Shown piece after piece: positions 37,492 through 46,500 of a stretch of 53,413 bases of DNA (position 1 is its first letter; each line of letters opens with the position of its first letter). The stretch comes from a virus (Duplodnaviria; Caudoviricetes), in IMG/VR virus record IMGVR_UViG_3300023116_000063, positions 1-53,413 of that record, one strand, 5' to 3'. A program made the position numbers and the translations under genes. The notes beneath the pieces were generated by a model that saw only the letters and a program-made list of their open reading frames with translations, was not told the origin of the DNA and searched no databases.

Positions 37492-37770
37492 TTATTCTTC
37501 ACCGTCAACAGCTGCGTTCTGAGCAGCAACGTGTGCTGCGTATGCAGTTTTCACTGCGTCAGTATGAAACTGTGCAACCATTGCCTGAACGTCTGCACTT
37601 TCAGCGGCAACTGCGTCAGCAGATGCATCTGGTGCTACAACGTGTCTGTGAAATGAACGAGAAATTTCTACACCATCACGCTCGATGATTGTAGCAGTTC
37701 TTACTTGAATATGCTTGAACTCGCCTACGACTTCAATCTTATCCTGTTCTGTTCTTTCTGTAAGTGCCAT
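37492..37770 (-). CDS. Small fibre-partner protein
   Basis: MALTE...DKIEVVG...IQVRTAT.I..DG.E.SRSFHRHV; strong AGGAG RBS. Confidence 0.78.
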   Translation of the reverse strand: MALTERTEQDKIEVVGEFKHIQVRTATIIERDGVEISRSFHRHVVAPDASADAVAAESADVQAMVAQFHTDAVKTAYAAHVAAQNAAVDGEE

Positions 37771-37838
37771 TTTATTTCTCCTATTTTAGTATCGTGACTT
37801 GACTTGTCACCTGTCCGACCCTATATCCAATAGGGTTA

Positions 37839-38909
37839 TTACGATGTTTTATAAACCAACATTGCCGTAAAAAACGACATTTGAGTAGTAACGTCTTGAC
37901 CGCCCTTAAATACTCTGGGTGGATTAAAACCGTGAATATTTCCAACTTGGCTGCTGGGGTTTGAACCCCAAATCCCAATACCCATATTGCCTTGTGCTTG
38001 CGACACTGCAAACGGCAAACCACCAATAACTAGAAACGAACCCGCTGTGCCACTTGTTCCACCATCAACTCTTATTTGACAAGTTACTGTGTTGCCAATC
38101 TTAGTATACTGTCCATTTGATAAACTGAATGTCGAATCATTAGTGCTAGTGTGATATAGGGTCGGCGTAAAAGTGCCTTCTTCATAATCGTCAAGGGCGT
38201 TAGCAGCTGTATAACCACTATTACCAAAGACAACTGTTCCGCCAGTTCCCACACACACATGGATACCAGCGTTATTTGCATTTTGAATATTTCCACGAAG
38301 AGTACCAGTTCCAGAACCAGAGTAGAAACCCAACATTCCACCTAAGTTACCAGAGTTAGTATCGTTAATTTGCATACCATTTGTAGATGCAGAACTAAAA
38401 TTAACACCTAGTGGAGTTCCACCAGCACCAAGAGTTCTACCACCTAAATTTATTGAGTTTGCAGTTGAATTACCAACTACAGCAAGTGTTGAATCAAGTG
38501 TAGTTGCACCAGTAACATCCAGTGTTCCTGCCACATCAATATTCGTATCTAGTTTTGCACTAGTGACAGCATTGTTTACTAGTTTTGCACTAGTGACAGC
38601 ATTGTTTACTAGTTTTGCAGTTCCAATAGAAAGGTCTGCTGGAACGACTGAACTTTCGATTGTTCCAGCAATATGAAGAACATAGAAATTAACACCAGTT
38701 GCTGGTGCAACACTCATCGTCAAAGTTGTTCCATTAACTGTATAAGCGTCTGTAGGTTCTTGGCGAACATTACCTACATAGACAGCAATATCAGTTACAG
38801 TTGCAACTTGTTTTGATAACGTAAATACTGTGGTTGTACCGTCTGCTGTAAAATCATCCTTGACGATTGTAGCAAAACCAGCGGTTGGATTTTTTCCAAT
38901 AAATGGCAT
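37839..38909 (-). CDS. Fibre / RBP (MPFIG class, DDYEEGT tip)
   Basis: MPFIGK, F.ADG.TT.FTL domain, AVTSAKLDTNI, ANALDDYEEGTFTP...YTKIG. Confidence 0.8.
   Translation of the reverse strand: MPFIGKNPTAGFATIVKDDFTADGTTTVFTLSKQVATVTDIAVYVGNVRQEPTDAYTVNGTTLTMSVAPATGVNFYVLHIAGTIESSVVPADLSIGTAKLVNNAVTSAKLVNNAVTSAKLDTNIDVAGTLDVTGATTLDSTLAVVGNSTANSINLGGRTLGAGGTPLGVNFSSASTNGMQINDTNSGNLGGMLGFYSGSGTGTLRGNIQNANNAGIHVCVGTGGTVVFGNSGYTAANALDDYEEGTFTPTLYHTSTNDSTFSLSNGQYTKIGNTVTCQIRVDGGTSGTAGSFLVIGGLPFAVSQAQGNMGIGIWGSNPSSQVGNIHGFNPPRVFKGGQDVTTQMSFFTAMLVYKTS
38549..38619. repeat. Perfect 30-bp tandem duplication (about 2.3 copies; KLVNNAVTSA)
   Basis: agttttgcactagtgacagcattgtttact occurs twice, plus a partial copy. 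Confidence 0.95.
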
Positions 38910-38923
38910 ATTACACTATCCTC

Positions 38924-39256
38924 TTAGGTTTTTTCCATAATACCCAAAACAACATCAAGTGCAGAACCAGTGCCTGCCTGAACCTTGAGAATGTCTGCGG
39001 CCTCTAAAATATATTTTTGTCCAGCAAGAGTTTCCAATGTAGTATTTGCTGGAATACTTACATCCTCTAGTAATTGGTGTGTTGTACTCGCAGAACTATC
39101 TGTGAATTGAACCTTAACTGTCACCGCTGAAGTTGTTTTATTAGCGATGGCAAGTCCAAGAACAACAACTTGTGTAGCAGCAGGCGCAGTGTATAGAGTA
39201 TCATATGAACCAGATGATACATCAGCAAGGGCCGCATTTTTGAATGTGTTCGCCAT
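38924..39256 (-). CDS. MANTFK-type virion adaptor protein
   Basis: Paralog of 42504-42848 (MAN.FKNA...GQK..L...D...V.A...DVV..I.E.T). Confidence 0.78.
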   Translation of the reverse strand: MANTFKNAALADVSSGSYDTLYTAPAATQVVVLGLAIANKTTSAVTVKVQFTDSSASTTHQLLEDVSIPANTTLETLAGQKYILEAADILKVQAGTGSALDVVLGIMEKT

Positions 39257-39271
39257 GTTTCTTTCCTATTG

Positions 39272-39910
39272 TTATCCTAAAGCAATCGCAAGTGCAGTTG
39301 CATCATCTTCTGGATCAAATGCGAGATCAACTCGTGCAATCGAACCATCTTGAATTTTTGCAGAAGTGACTGTATTATCTGCAATAGTATTTAGTGTGTT
39401 AATGTTATTAAGTTGATAAACTTGAATATTATTTGTTCCACTTGCTGGAGCGCCTGTGAATGTAAGCGTCTGTCCAAGTACAGTAAATGCATATGAAGAA
39501 CCTTCTCTTTGATAGACATTATCTACAAAGACAATGAAGTTTCTTGCATCATTGGTTACTGGTGTTCTTGTAAGTGTAAACGCAACAGTAGAACCATCTC
39601 CATTGAATATATCAACGAAAGATTCGGACTGAGTAACAGATGCCTGTAGTAGTTGTCTACCCAAATATGTGATAAAGACTCTACCAGCCGCATCTGGTGC
39701 TTCAGAGAAATTAATAACTCCCTGTCCTGTAGAACTAGAAACTGTATATGAATGATCTGGCTCTTGGATAACACCATCCAAAGAAACCAACAGCTGCGAA
39801 GATGTTGCGACAGGATGGTCTAAATTGAATTGTGTTGTCGAACCATCACCAGTAAGTACTTGTTTATCAAATACTCCGTAGGACGGTTCTGCTCCAATAT
39901 AGTTACTCAT
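39272..39910 (-). CDS. Virion branching/adaptor protein (MSNYIG...ALAIALG)
   Basis: Two 'GDGST..F.L' domains; C-terminal ATALAIALG. Confidence 0.78.
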   Translation of the reverse strand: MSNYIGAEPSYGVFDKQVLTGDGSTTQFNLDHPVATSSQLLVSLDGVIQEPDHSYTVSSSTGQGVINFSEAPDAAGRVFITYLGRQLLQASVTQSESFVDIFNGDGSTVAFTLTRTPVTNDARNFIVFVDNVYQREGSSYAFTVLGQTLTFTGAPASGTNNIQVYQLNNINTLNTIADNTVTSAKIQDGSIARVDLAFDPEDDATALAIALG

Positions 39911-39941
39911 ATCATTCTACCTTTGTTTATCATACTCTTAT

Positions 39942-40226
39942 TTATTCTGCTTCTCTAGCAGCGACCATTGCTTGATACTCAGCTTCTCTATCTGCACCTG
40001 TTTGGACAACACCCAGTGTAAATGCCTGTTCAATTTGAGCATCTTCACCTGTTGCAATTGTAATGTCATTTGCATTACAATGTTCTAAGTTTTTTCTTAT
40101 GATATCAGCCTTAGCAGTATTGACACGAAAGTTAATCCAATTCTGAACAAACTCTTGAGCATCAAGACAGAGATAATTGATACATTTTTCTTCAGTATCA
40201 TTCAATGTAAATGTGTAATCAGCCAT
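39942..40226 (-). CDS. Small fibre-partner protein (paralog of 20170-20433)
   Basis: Shared CLD.QE..QNW and HCN.NDI motifs. Confidence 0.72.
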   Translation of the reverse strand: MADYTFTLNDTEEKCINYLCLDAQEFVQNWINFRVNTAKADIIRKNLEHCNANDITIATGEDAQIEQAFTLGVVQTGADREAEYQAMVAAREAE

Positions 40227-40248
40227 TTTATATTTTCCTATTTGTTAA

Positions 40249-40698
40249 TTAAAGAATGTTAGGGCCTTCCATACCACTAATCATCTTGATACTCATCATA
40301 AATCTAGCATGAGTTCCACTGCCGCCGCCTCCACGGCGCCAATCAAAAACATCACCCTCATTTGCTTCTACCAAAGTAGTAAACCCCCACATTTCGTGAA
40401 ATGTAGTGTTATTATGATTAAAATGAAAATCAACATAGTTACTTCCATTTTTATATAAATTTACATATCCGTAGCCAGGGGTAAAGGTTGTGTATCCAGC
40501 AGCATGAAATTCAAAAGTTCCACTTGTAGAACAAGTGTAACTGTTGTTTGACCAAGATTGAGCCATGCCAGGATTGTTTGTTCCATTCACATCCAAATTA
40601 AATGTGTATCTATTTCCACTTGTTGTCAAGCCAGGGTTTGTGCAAACTCCAGCAACTACAGTATTTTTAATACCAGAATGATGTCTTACGTTACCCAT
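40249..40698 (-). CDS. Stand-alone C1q/TNF-like tip domain
   Basis: YTC..SG.FEF, LYKNGS, LVEANEGDV pattern. Confidence 0.55.
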   Translation of the reverse strand: MGNVRHHSGIKNTVVAGVCTNPGLTTSGNRYTFNLDVNGTNNPGMAQSWSNNSYTCSTSGTFEFHAAGYTTFTPGYGYVNLYKNGSNYVDFHFNHNNTTFHEMWGFTTLVEANEGDVFDWRRGGGGSGTHARFMMSIKMISGMEGPNIL

Positions 40699-40707
40699 AT
40701 CTATTCC

Positions 40708-41682
40708 CTAAGATGTTGTATAATTACTACTTGCAAAATCAACCGGCACCCAATAAGTTACCTCTGCAATACCATTAAATCCGTTTGTGCCATTATGTGA
40801 TGCCAAAAATAATTGCAACCTATTTGATACTGAAGTATCAAAGGTTATTTGAAGAGTAGCATTTTCTTCATAGTCTGCCTGAATCAAAACTGGAGCTCCT
40901 GTGCCACCATCCCAATAATATTTCCCCCAAAAGTGGCCGTTTGCGACTCCAGATGTGTGTCCAGTTACAATATATTCAAATAAACATCTAAACCCATTTG
41001 CACCAGTTCCAGAAAGTTGAGAAATTAATGTACTAGAAGTAATATTAGAAAGAGCAAACACCTCTGAGTGTTTATAACCTCTACCTTGATATGAAGTCCA
41101 TGGCGCCTGTCTAATTGACGCACCTTCTCCAGCACTATTAGCATTTGTAGTTAATTGTAAAACTTTAGTATTTGTAGCATATGTTGATGGTGTGGTAGAA
41201 CCTATTCCAGTATTGCCACCACTGTCAATGTGCATTCTTGTACTGCCACTTGTTCCAAGTGCCAAATAATTAGTTATTGGGTCGCCAACAATTTGGATGG
41301 CGTTATTTGTTGCATTTGATCTCCAATAAATGTTTCCAGTATCAGCAGAACCAGAATTAACATTCATTGTCATTCCCACAGTTCCCGAACCAGCAGGATT
41401 TGTAAGTTCTAATTCATTTGCATTTGCATTACCAACAGCACTACCAGAACCAACCAATAAATTACTATCAGCAGTTAATTTACCAGTAACATCTAGTGTT
41501 CCAGCAATGTCAATATTCGTATCTAACTTTGCACTAGTAACAGCATCATCAGCAATCTTTGCTGTTGTTACATTTGCATCAGCAATCTTTGCCGTAGTAA
41601 CCGAATCGTTAGCAATATCCGTTGCATCAATAGTAACATCACCATTAAGAAGTTCTGCGAGAGTTTTTGATTTACTTGCCAT
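40708..41682 (-). CDS. Fibre / RBP
   Basis: VTTAKIAD repeats, AVTSAKLDTNIDIAGTLDVTG, RMHIDSGGNTGIG. Confidence 0.78.
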   Translation of the reverse strand: MASKSKTLAELLNGDVTIDATDIANDSVTTAKIADANVTTAKIADDAVTSAKLDTNIDIAGTLDVTGKLTADSNLLVGSGSAVGNANANELELTNPAGSGTVGMTMNVNSGSADTGNIYWRSNATNNAIQIVGDPITNYLALGTSGSTRMHIDSGGNTGIGSTTPSTYATNTKVLQLTTNANSAGEGASIRQAPWTSYQGRGYKHSEVFALSNITSSTLISQLSGTGANGFRCLFEYIVTGHTSGVANGHFWGKYYWDGGTGAPVLIQADYEENATLQITFDTSVSNRLQLFLASHNGTNGFNGIAEVTYWVPVDFASSNYTTS

Positions 41683-42491
41683 TATAGTTGATACCTTACC
41701 ATTATTTCTGATGCATTAACAGGAGCAAATGTAAATGTAATTGTAGTTCCACTGATACCATAATCAGTAGAAGGTTTCAAACACACACCATTGTAATATA
41801 CAAAAGCATTGTTTGCAGTTACACCAGAGTTTGTTAGGGTGAATGCAGTAGTAGAACCATCTCCTGTAAGATTGTCTATTTGAAAATCTGGGCCTCTGCG
41901 AATAACACCACGAATACCTAAATGTTTTACTTCAATCTCTGCACTAGCATCTGGTGCAGTAGTAAATGTCAATGTTGTTCCAGATACAGTATAGTTAGTT
42001 GTAATCTTTTGAACAATACCATCAACCATTACAAGGATTGAATTTCCAGCAGGCGGCGTTTCAGTCATTGTAAACGCAGCAGTAGAACCATCACCTGTGA
42101 ATGAATCTGTAGTAATATTTTTTAGTCCAGAAGCAAGTTGTGTTGTTCCAACAGAACCAGCTGGTGGTGTCATGTTGTAATTACCAATACCTCTATGTAC
42201 AACATAGATAGAAGCGTTTGATGCTGGTGCTTCTGAGAAATTTAAAATCTTTGGTTGGTTAGATGAATTCTCGTGAACAGTATATGCAATATCTGGCTCT
42301 TGAACCACGTTGTCCAATACAACCAAAAGGTTTTCTGTATTAGCGCCAGGAACATCAACAGATAGTTCTACGGCATTTGAGTATGTCGCATATGCTCCAG
42401 TTACACTACCAAAATTAGACCCATTAAAATCTTCCTTTGGAAAACTGGGCGAAATCTGATTAATGTATGGAACACCAATATAGTTAGACAT
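41682..42491 (-). CDS. Virion branching/adaptor protein (MSNYIG class)
   Basis: Three tandem 'V.(L/V)D..VQ.P / GDGST.AFT' domains; paralog of 39272-39910. Confidence 0.78.
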   Translation of the reverse strand: MSNYIGVPYINQISPSFPKEDFNGSNFGSVTGAYATYSNAVELSVDVPGANTENLLVVLDNVVQEPDIAYTVHENSSNQPKILNFSEAPASNASIYVVHRGIGNYNMTPPAGSVGTTQLASGLKNITTDSFTGDGSTAAFTMTETPPAGNSILVMVDGIVQKITTNYTVSGTTLTFTTAPDASAEIEVKHLGIRGVIRRGPDFQIDNLTGDGSTTAFTLTNSGVTANNAFVYYNGVCLKPSTDYGISGTTITFTFAPVNASEIMVRYQL

Positions 42492-42503
42492 TTAAATCAC
42501 CCC

Positions 42504-42848
42504 TTATGTTACATCTTCTAGAATAGAAGCAACAACATCGACAGTTGCAGCAGAAGCATACACTTGAACTTTGTCATCTCCATTCAATACAATCTTTTGG
42601 CCTGATACAACCTTCAAGGACGAGCCTGGAGGGATTGGAGCACTCTTTACAACATGATAAGATGCAGTTGCAGAACTATCATAAATGAGGACAGTTGCAG
42701 AAACAGCAGCAGTACCAGTGTTTGCTATATCAAGTTCGATAAGAATTGAATTGACGGCAGAACCATTATTTGCAGTATACACATCTGTCGGCGAACCACT
42801 TGAGGTGGAAACACTTGTAGCAAATGCATTCTTAAAATTGTTAGCCAT
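42504..42848 (-). CDS. MANNFK-type virion adaptor protein
   Basis: Paralog of 38924-39256. Confidence 0.78.
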   Translation of the reverse strand: MANNFKNAFATSVSTSSGSPTDVYTANNGSAVNSILIELDIANTGTAAVSATVLIYDSSATASYHVVKSAPIPPGSSLKVVSGQKIVLNGDDKVQVYASAATVDVVASILEDVT

Positions 42849-42883
42849 TCTTTATCTTCCTTTGTTTATCTTATTTATAATGT

Positions 42884-43294
42884 TTATCCAAGGGCAACTG
42901 CAAGTGCAATTGCAAAACCTTCAACTGCAATAGTTCCACTGGCGCCTGGGAATGTCAAGTCAACTCCGTTATCCCTAAGAATAAGATCTCCAGTACCAGT
43001 ATGATTAACATAACTGTTTAGACTGTCATGGTATATTTGTAAATCGTCATCTGTGCCGAATTTAATTCTTTCACTGTTTACACCTGTCGAATCATCAAAG
43101 TCAATGACTGTAGGAAACATAACACTACTGAGAGCAAGTTCAAGTTCTTGAATTGCTTCGATAACGTCTGTTACTGCTTGTCCGTTGACAGTAGACGGCA
43201 GATTCGCAATATCACCCACATCAGTTGCGAGTTCATTAAATTCTACTCTCCACTCTTCAAAAGTGAAACTAGCTGGTGCGTTACGATCTGCCAT
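42884..43294 (-). CDS. Virion protein with TFEEWR..FN anchor and AVALG C-terminus
   Basis: N-terminal 'TFEEWRVEFNELATDVGD', FGTDDDLQIYHD, EGFAIALAVALG. Confidence 0.72.
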   Translation of the reverse strand: MADRNAPASFTFEEWRVEFNELATDVGDIANLPSTVNGQAVTDVIEAIQELELALSSVMFPTVIDFDDSTGVNSERIKFGTDDDLQIYHDSLNSYVNHTGTGDLILRDNGVDLTFPGASGTIAVEGFAIALAVALG

Positions 43295-43521
43295 TATTTC
43301 TTATCCATCATTTGCATTAATAGAGATTTAATTTCATGCATCTCTGACTTTAGACTATTTATATCTCTTACTGCATCCCTTAGTTCATCTTTACTCTTTT
43401 GTACAGCACGAGAACGTGCAACTGCGGCTTCATATGCAGCCATATTAGTATTCACAATACCACGAGAATTAGTATCTCTTGCTAAGTCTGGATGATTTTC
43501 TACTTTGATATATTCTGTCAT
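43294..43521 (-). CDS. Conserved small coiled-coil protein
   Basis: IKVE.HPDL.RD..S..IVN, LKSEM.EIKSLL; immediately follows the giant baseplate-region gene. Confidence 0.72.
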   Translation of the reverse strand: MTEYIKVENHPDLARDTNSRGIVNTNMAAYEAAVARSRAVQKSKDELRDAVRDINSLKSEMHEIKSLLMQMMDKK

Positions 43522-43522
43522 C

Positions 43523-46500
43523 TTATGTAGCCAACGCAATCGCTCTTAGGTCTTTTAGATATGGAACTTCACAAGAGTTTGTTCCCTGTAACCTAATCTT
43601 AATTGCAAAAGAAATGAATTCTTCCAAACCTTCAGCAGAGTACTTTCTTTCGATGAAATCAGTTTCATTGATAGAAGCGTTTACTGTTTCGTCTGGTTGT
43701 CCATCAGTATTAAAGTATTGCCATCCGATTTCATCAAAGTCTGATGCATCGTCTGAACGAAGAATTTTATACATTGCCTGAATTTCTGCACTATCAAACT
43801 GAACTGCATCAACGTACATTCTAATTGCAGTAGCAGGATTTTGTAGAGACACCTTACGAGTAACGTAGACAGCCTCGTTATTATCACCCTCTGGTTCAGT
43901 TGGTGAAACAAAATCTGTAGTTGGATATACGTCAGCAGAACTATCAATATTATTAATTCTGTTAGAAATAGCAATAACACTCTTTCTATCCAAGTCAAAC
44001 AATGGAGATAAGTTTTCTCTTTCTGTATTAAGATTAACAATACACTTGAATGATTTATTACCAGACAATTCCAAAGTTTCATTTACTTGAGAAGCAATCA
44101 ATTTGGGTGTTGAGAAAATATAGTTATCATTTGTTGGAATATTCTCAGCCGTTGTAGATTGTGTAAACGAAGTCTGATTACCACTTGGAGAAGTACCAGT
44201 TGTTGTGATAACAGAAGTTGATACACTTGTATCTGGTAATTCAATGGTAGGAAGAAGTGTATGGATTTGATCCATTTGAGCATTCTCTGTTGCAGTCACA
44301 GAAGAACCACCACCTGTACCATCAGCAGTTGCAGTTGCAGTCGTAGAAACTGTATATGAGTCAATACCAATATTTGCAAGTGCGTTGTGTGTCTTATTCA
44401 CCTCTGTCAATGGAATACCATTTAACTGATACAATGCGACTGCATCACCATTACCATGTGCAGCTGCACTTCCCTCAACTCCACGAGTTAGAGAAGAAAC
44501 TGTAGTTCCAGAAATACTTCCTGTCATAACTTCATTGTTAATCTTCAAGTAGATTGTACCAGATGATGGCCATCCATTAGAAGATGAAAGTGTAAGTGAT
44601 GTGGAACTAGATGTAATTGCACCGTTCAATGTAGAGTTAATACCAGATGCAACTCCAGCAAGTGTAACATTGTTTGAAGAAGAATACATATGATGATCTG
44701 TATGTAATACTTTAACAAGATTTTGTCCATTAATAGTTCTGATTGGATTTGCATTCAGAGTTTTAACTGGAACGGATTCGTTTACTAGAGTAATAACAGA
44801 AGTTTTCGATGTATCAAATGAAGCACGATAAAGAGTAAATTTCAAATCCTCTAAATCATATGCACTCCAAGTAGTATTATTCTGCGACTTGAAAAGAACA
44901 CCCAAATATGGTTGTTCAGAGATTTGTCTGCCATTTACATCAATTTCTCCCATACGAGAAATCCATGCAGTATATTTTGGACTATCTGTAAAGAGAACAA
45001 TACAATATTCAACTCCGTCTTTTACATAAACAGGAGCATCAAAGATAAATGTAGTTTTTGCATCACCTGTGTCTGGAGCAGTATTTACAAGACTATACCA
45101 CTTACCACTACCAGAACTTCCTGGCACACCACCAGTAAAGGTATATCCATTCGGGCCGGATCCACCAGAGATAGTGAAAGCAGTATCAGATTCAACACTT
45201 ACAACATTACACAAACAATCTTGTCCACTAACACCAATATCTTCAATGGTAACTTGCATCCCAGCCCTCAAGTCTGTTAGGAATTGAGTTCCAGTTCCAG
45301 TAATTGTTGTACTACCAGATGTATACGATACTGTTCCATCAGCATAAGGTTCTAGTGTCTTAGATGCAAAAGGAAGAACTTTTGTAGTAGGATAACCATT
45401 AGACATTTCACGAATCTGACATGATACTGGAAGTGTTTCATCTCTGTGTCCAAAATAAACATCAACCTTAGTAATGAACTCGCCACCTTTTGCCTGTGGC
45501 ATAAAGGACTGTGCAAGCGGATCCCACCAACCCACAACATCTTCACGAACCTCTTGGCGTGTGACGTTCTGTGTTTGAGATACTTCACGAGTTTCAAACC
45601 TTGCATTACGAGTTGCAATAATTGTTTCTTGAACATTATTAAGAATACCTCTTGCAGAATAAATTGCCTGTGCAAAGGTTTCTACACTTGCAACGCCATT
45701 GTTAGGATCAGAGGTAAGTCTGAACTGTCTTTCTCCAGTTCTAAATCTTGGAGCTCCTCGTGTTGTAGGATTAGGGATTGAAAATACACCAACAACTCTA
45801 CCACCACCAGAGGTGATAAGAGCTCCCCCCAAAGAACCACCTTGTGGAGTACAATATGCACTTACATTTGTTTTATCAAAGAATGGGTAAACTCTTGTAA
45901 GAGGTTTCATTCCAGTTGCATTAAAGGTAATATTTTTTGAACGAATAAATGGAATAAGTGCTCGTGATACTACTCTATCGCCCTGTGACTCATGGTCAAT
46001 TTGAGCGACAATAGACGTTTGAATACCACTTCTAGAAGCAGTTCCTTCTCTAGTAGAAATTGTTCTTTCAATGATAGCACGACCTCTAAATCTTCCACCA
46101 GCAAGTGCAATTGATCTTTGGAAAGAATGTTCTCTAAATCTATTTGTTGTTGCTCTTGTAACACCACCCCATTGTGTCTGCCATGCATTCCACACTGTAC
46201 CAATAGCATTCTGGTTTTGTGCAACAAAGGTATCAAAGTTTCCTTCTTGGTTGACAATCAAATCTGGAAGTCTATTTACTTCAAACCACTCATCACCAGA
46301 TGGTGTGAGTTTACATATACCAGCCCATGCAAAGTTAAGAACAGGGTTTAGGTTTTCAACACGAGATGCATATTGTTGATCAATAACTACAGTATCAGAA
46401 TATGGAAGAGTAATAACTTCACCAGTAAGTTGATAGTTATCTGCAACACGTTCTGCATCAGTTGTATTCTCTTCTTCTAGAGAAATGCCTTTCATAAAAT

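Noticed and set aside
29701-43294. Invertase-driven shufflon
   Set aside because: All cassettes and repeats are in direct orientation, each gene has its own start, and no site-specific recombinase is visible.
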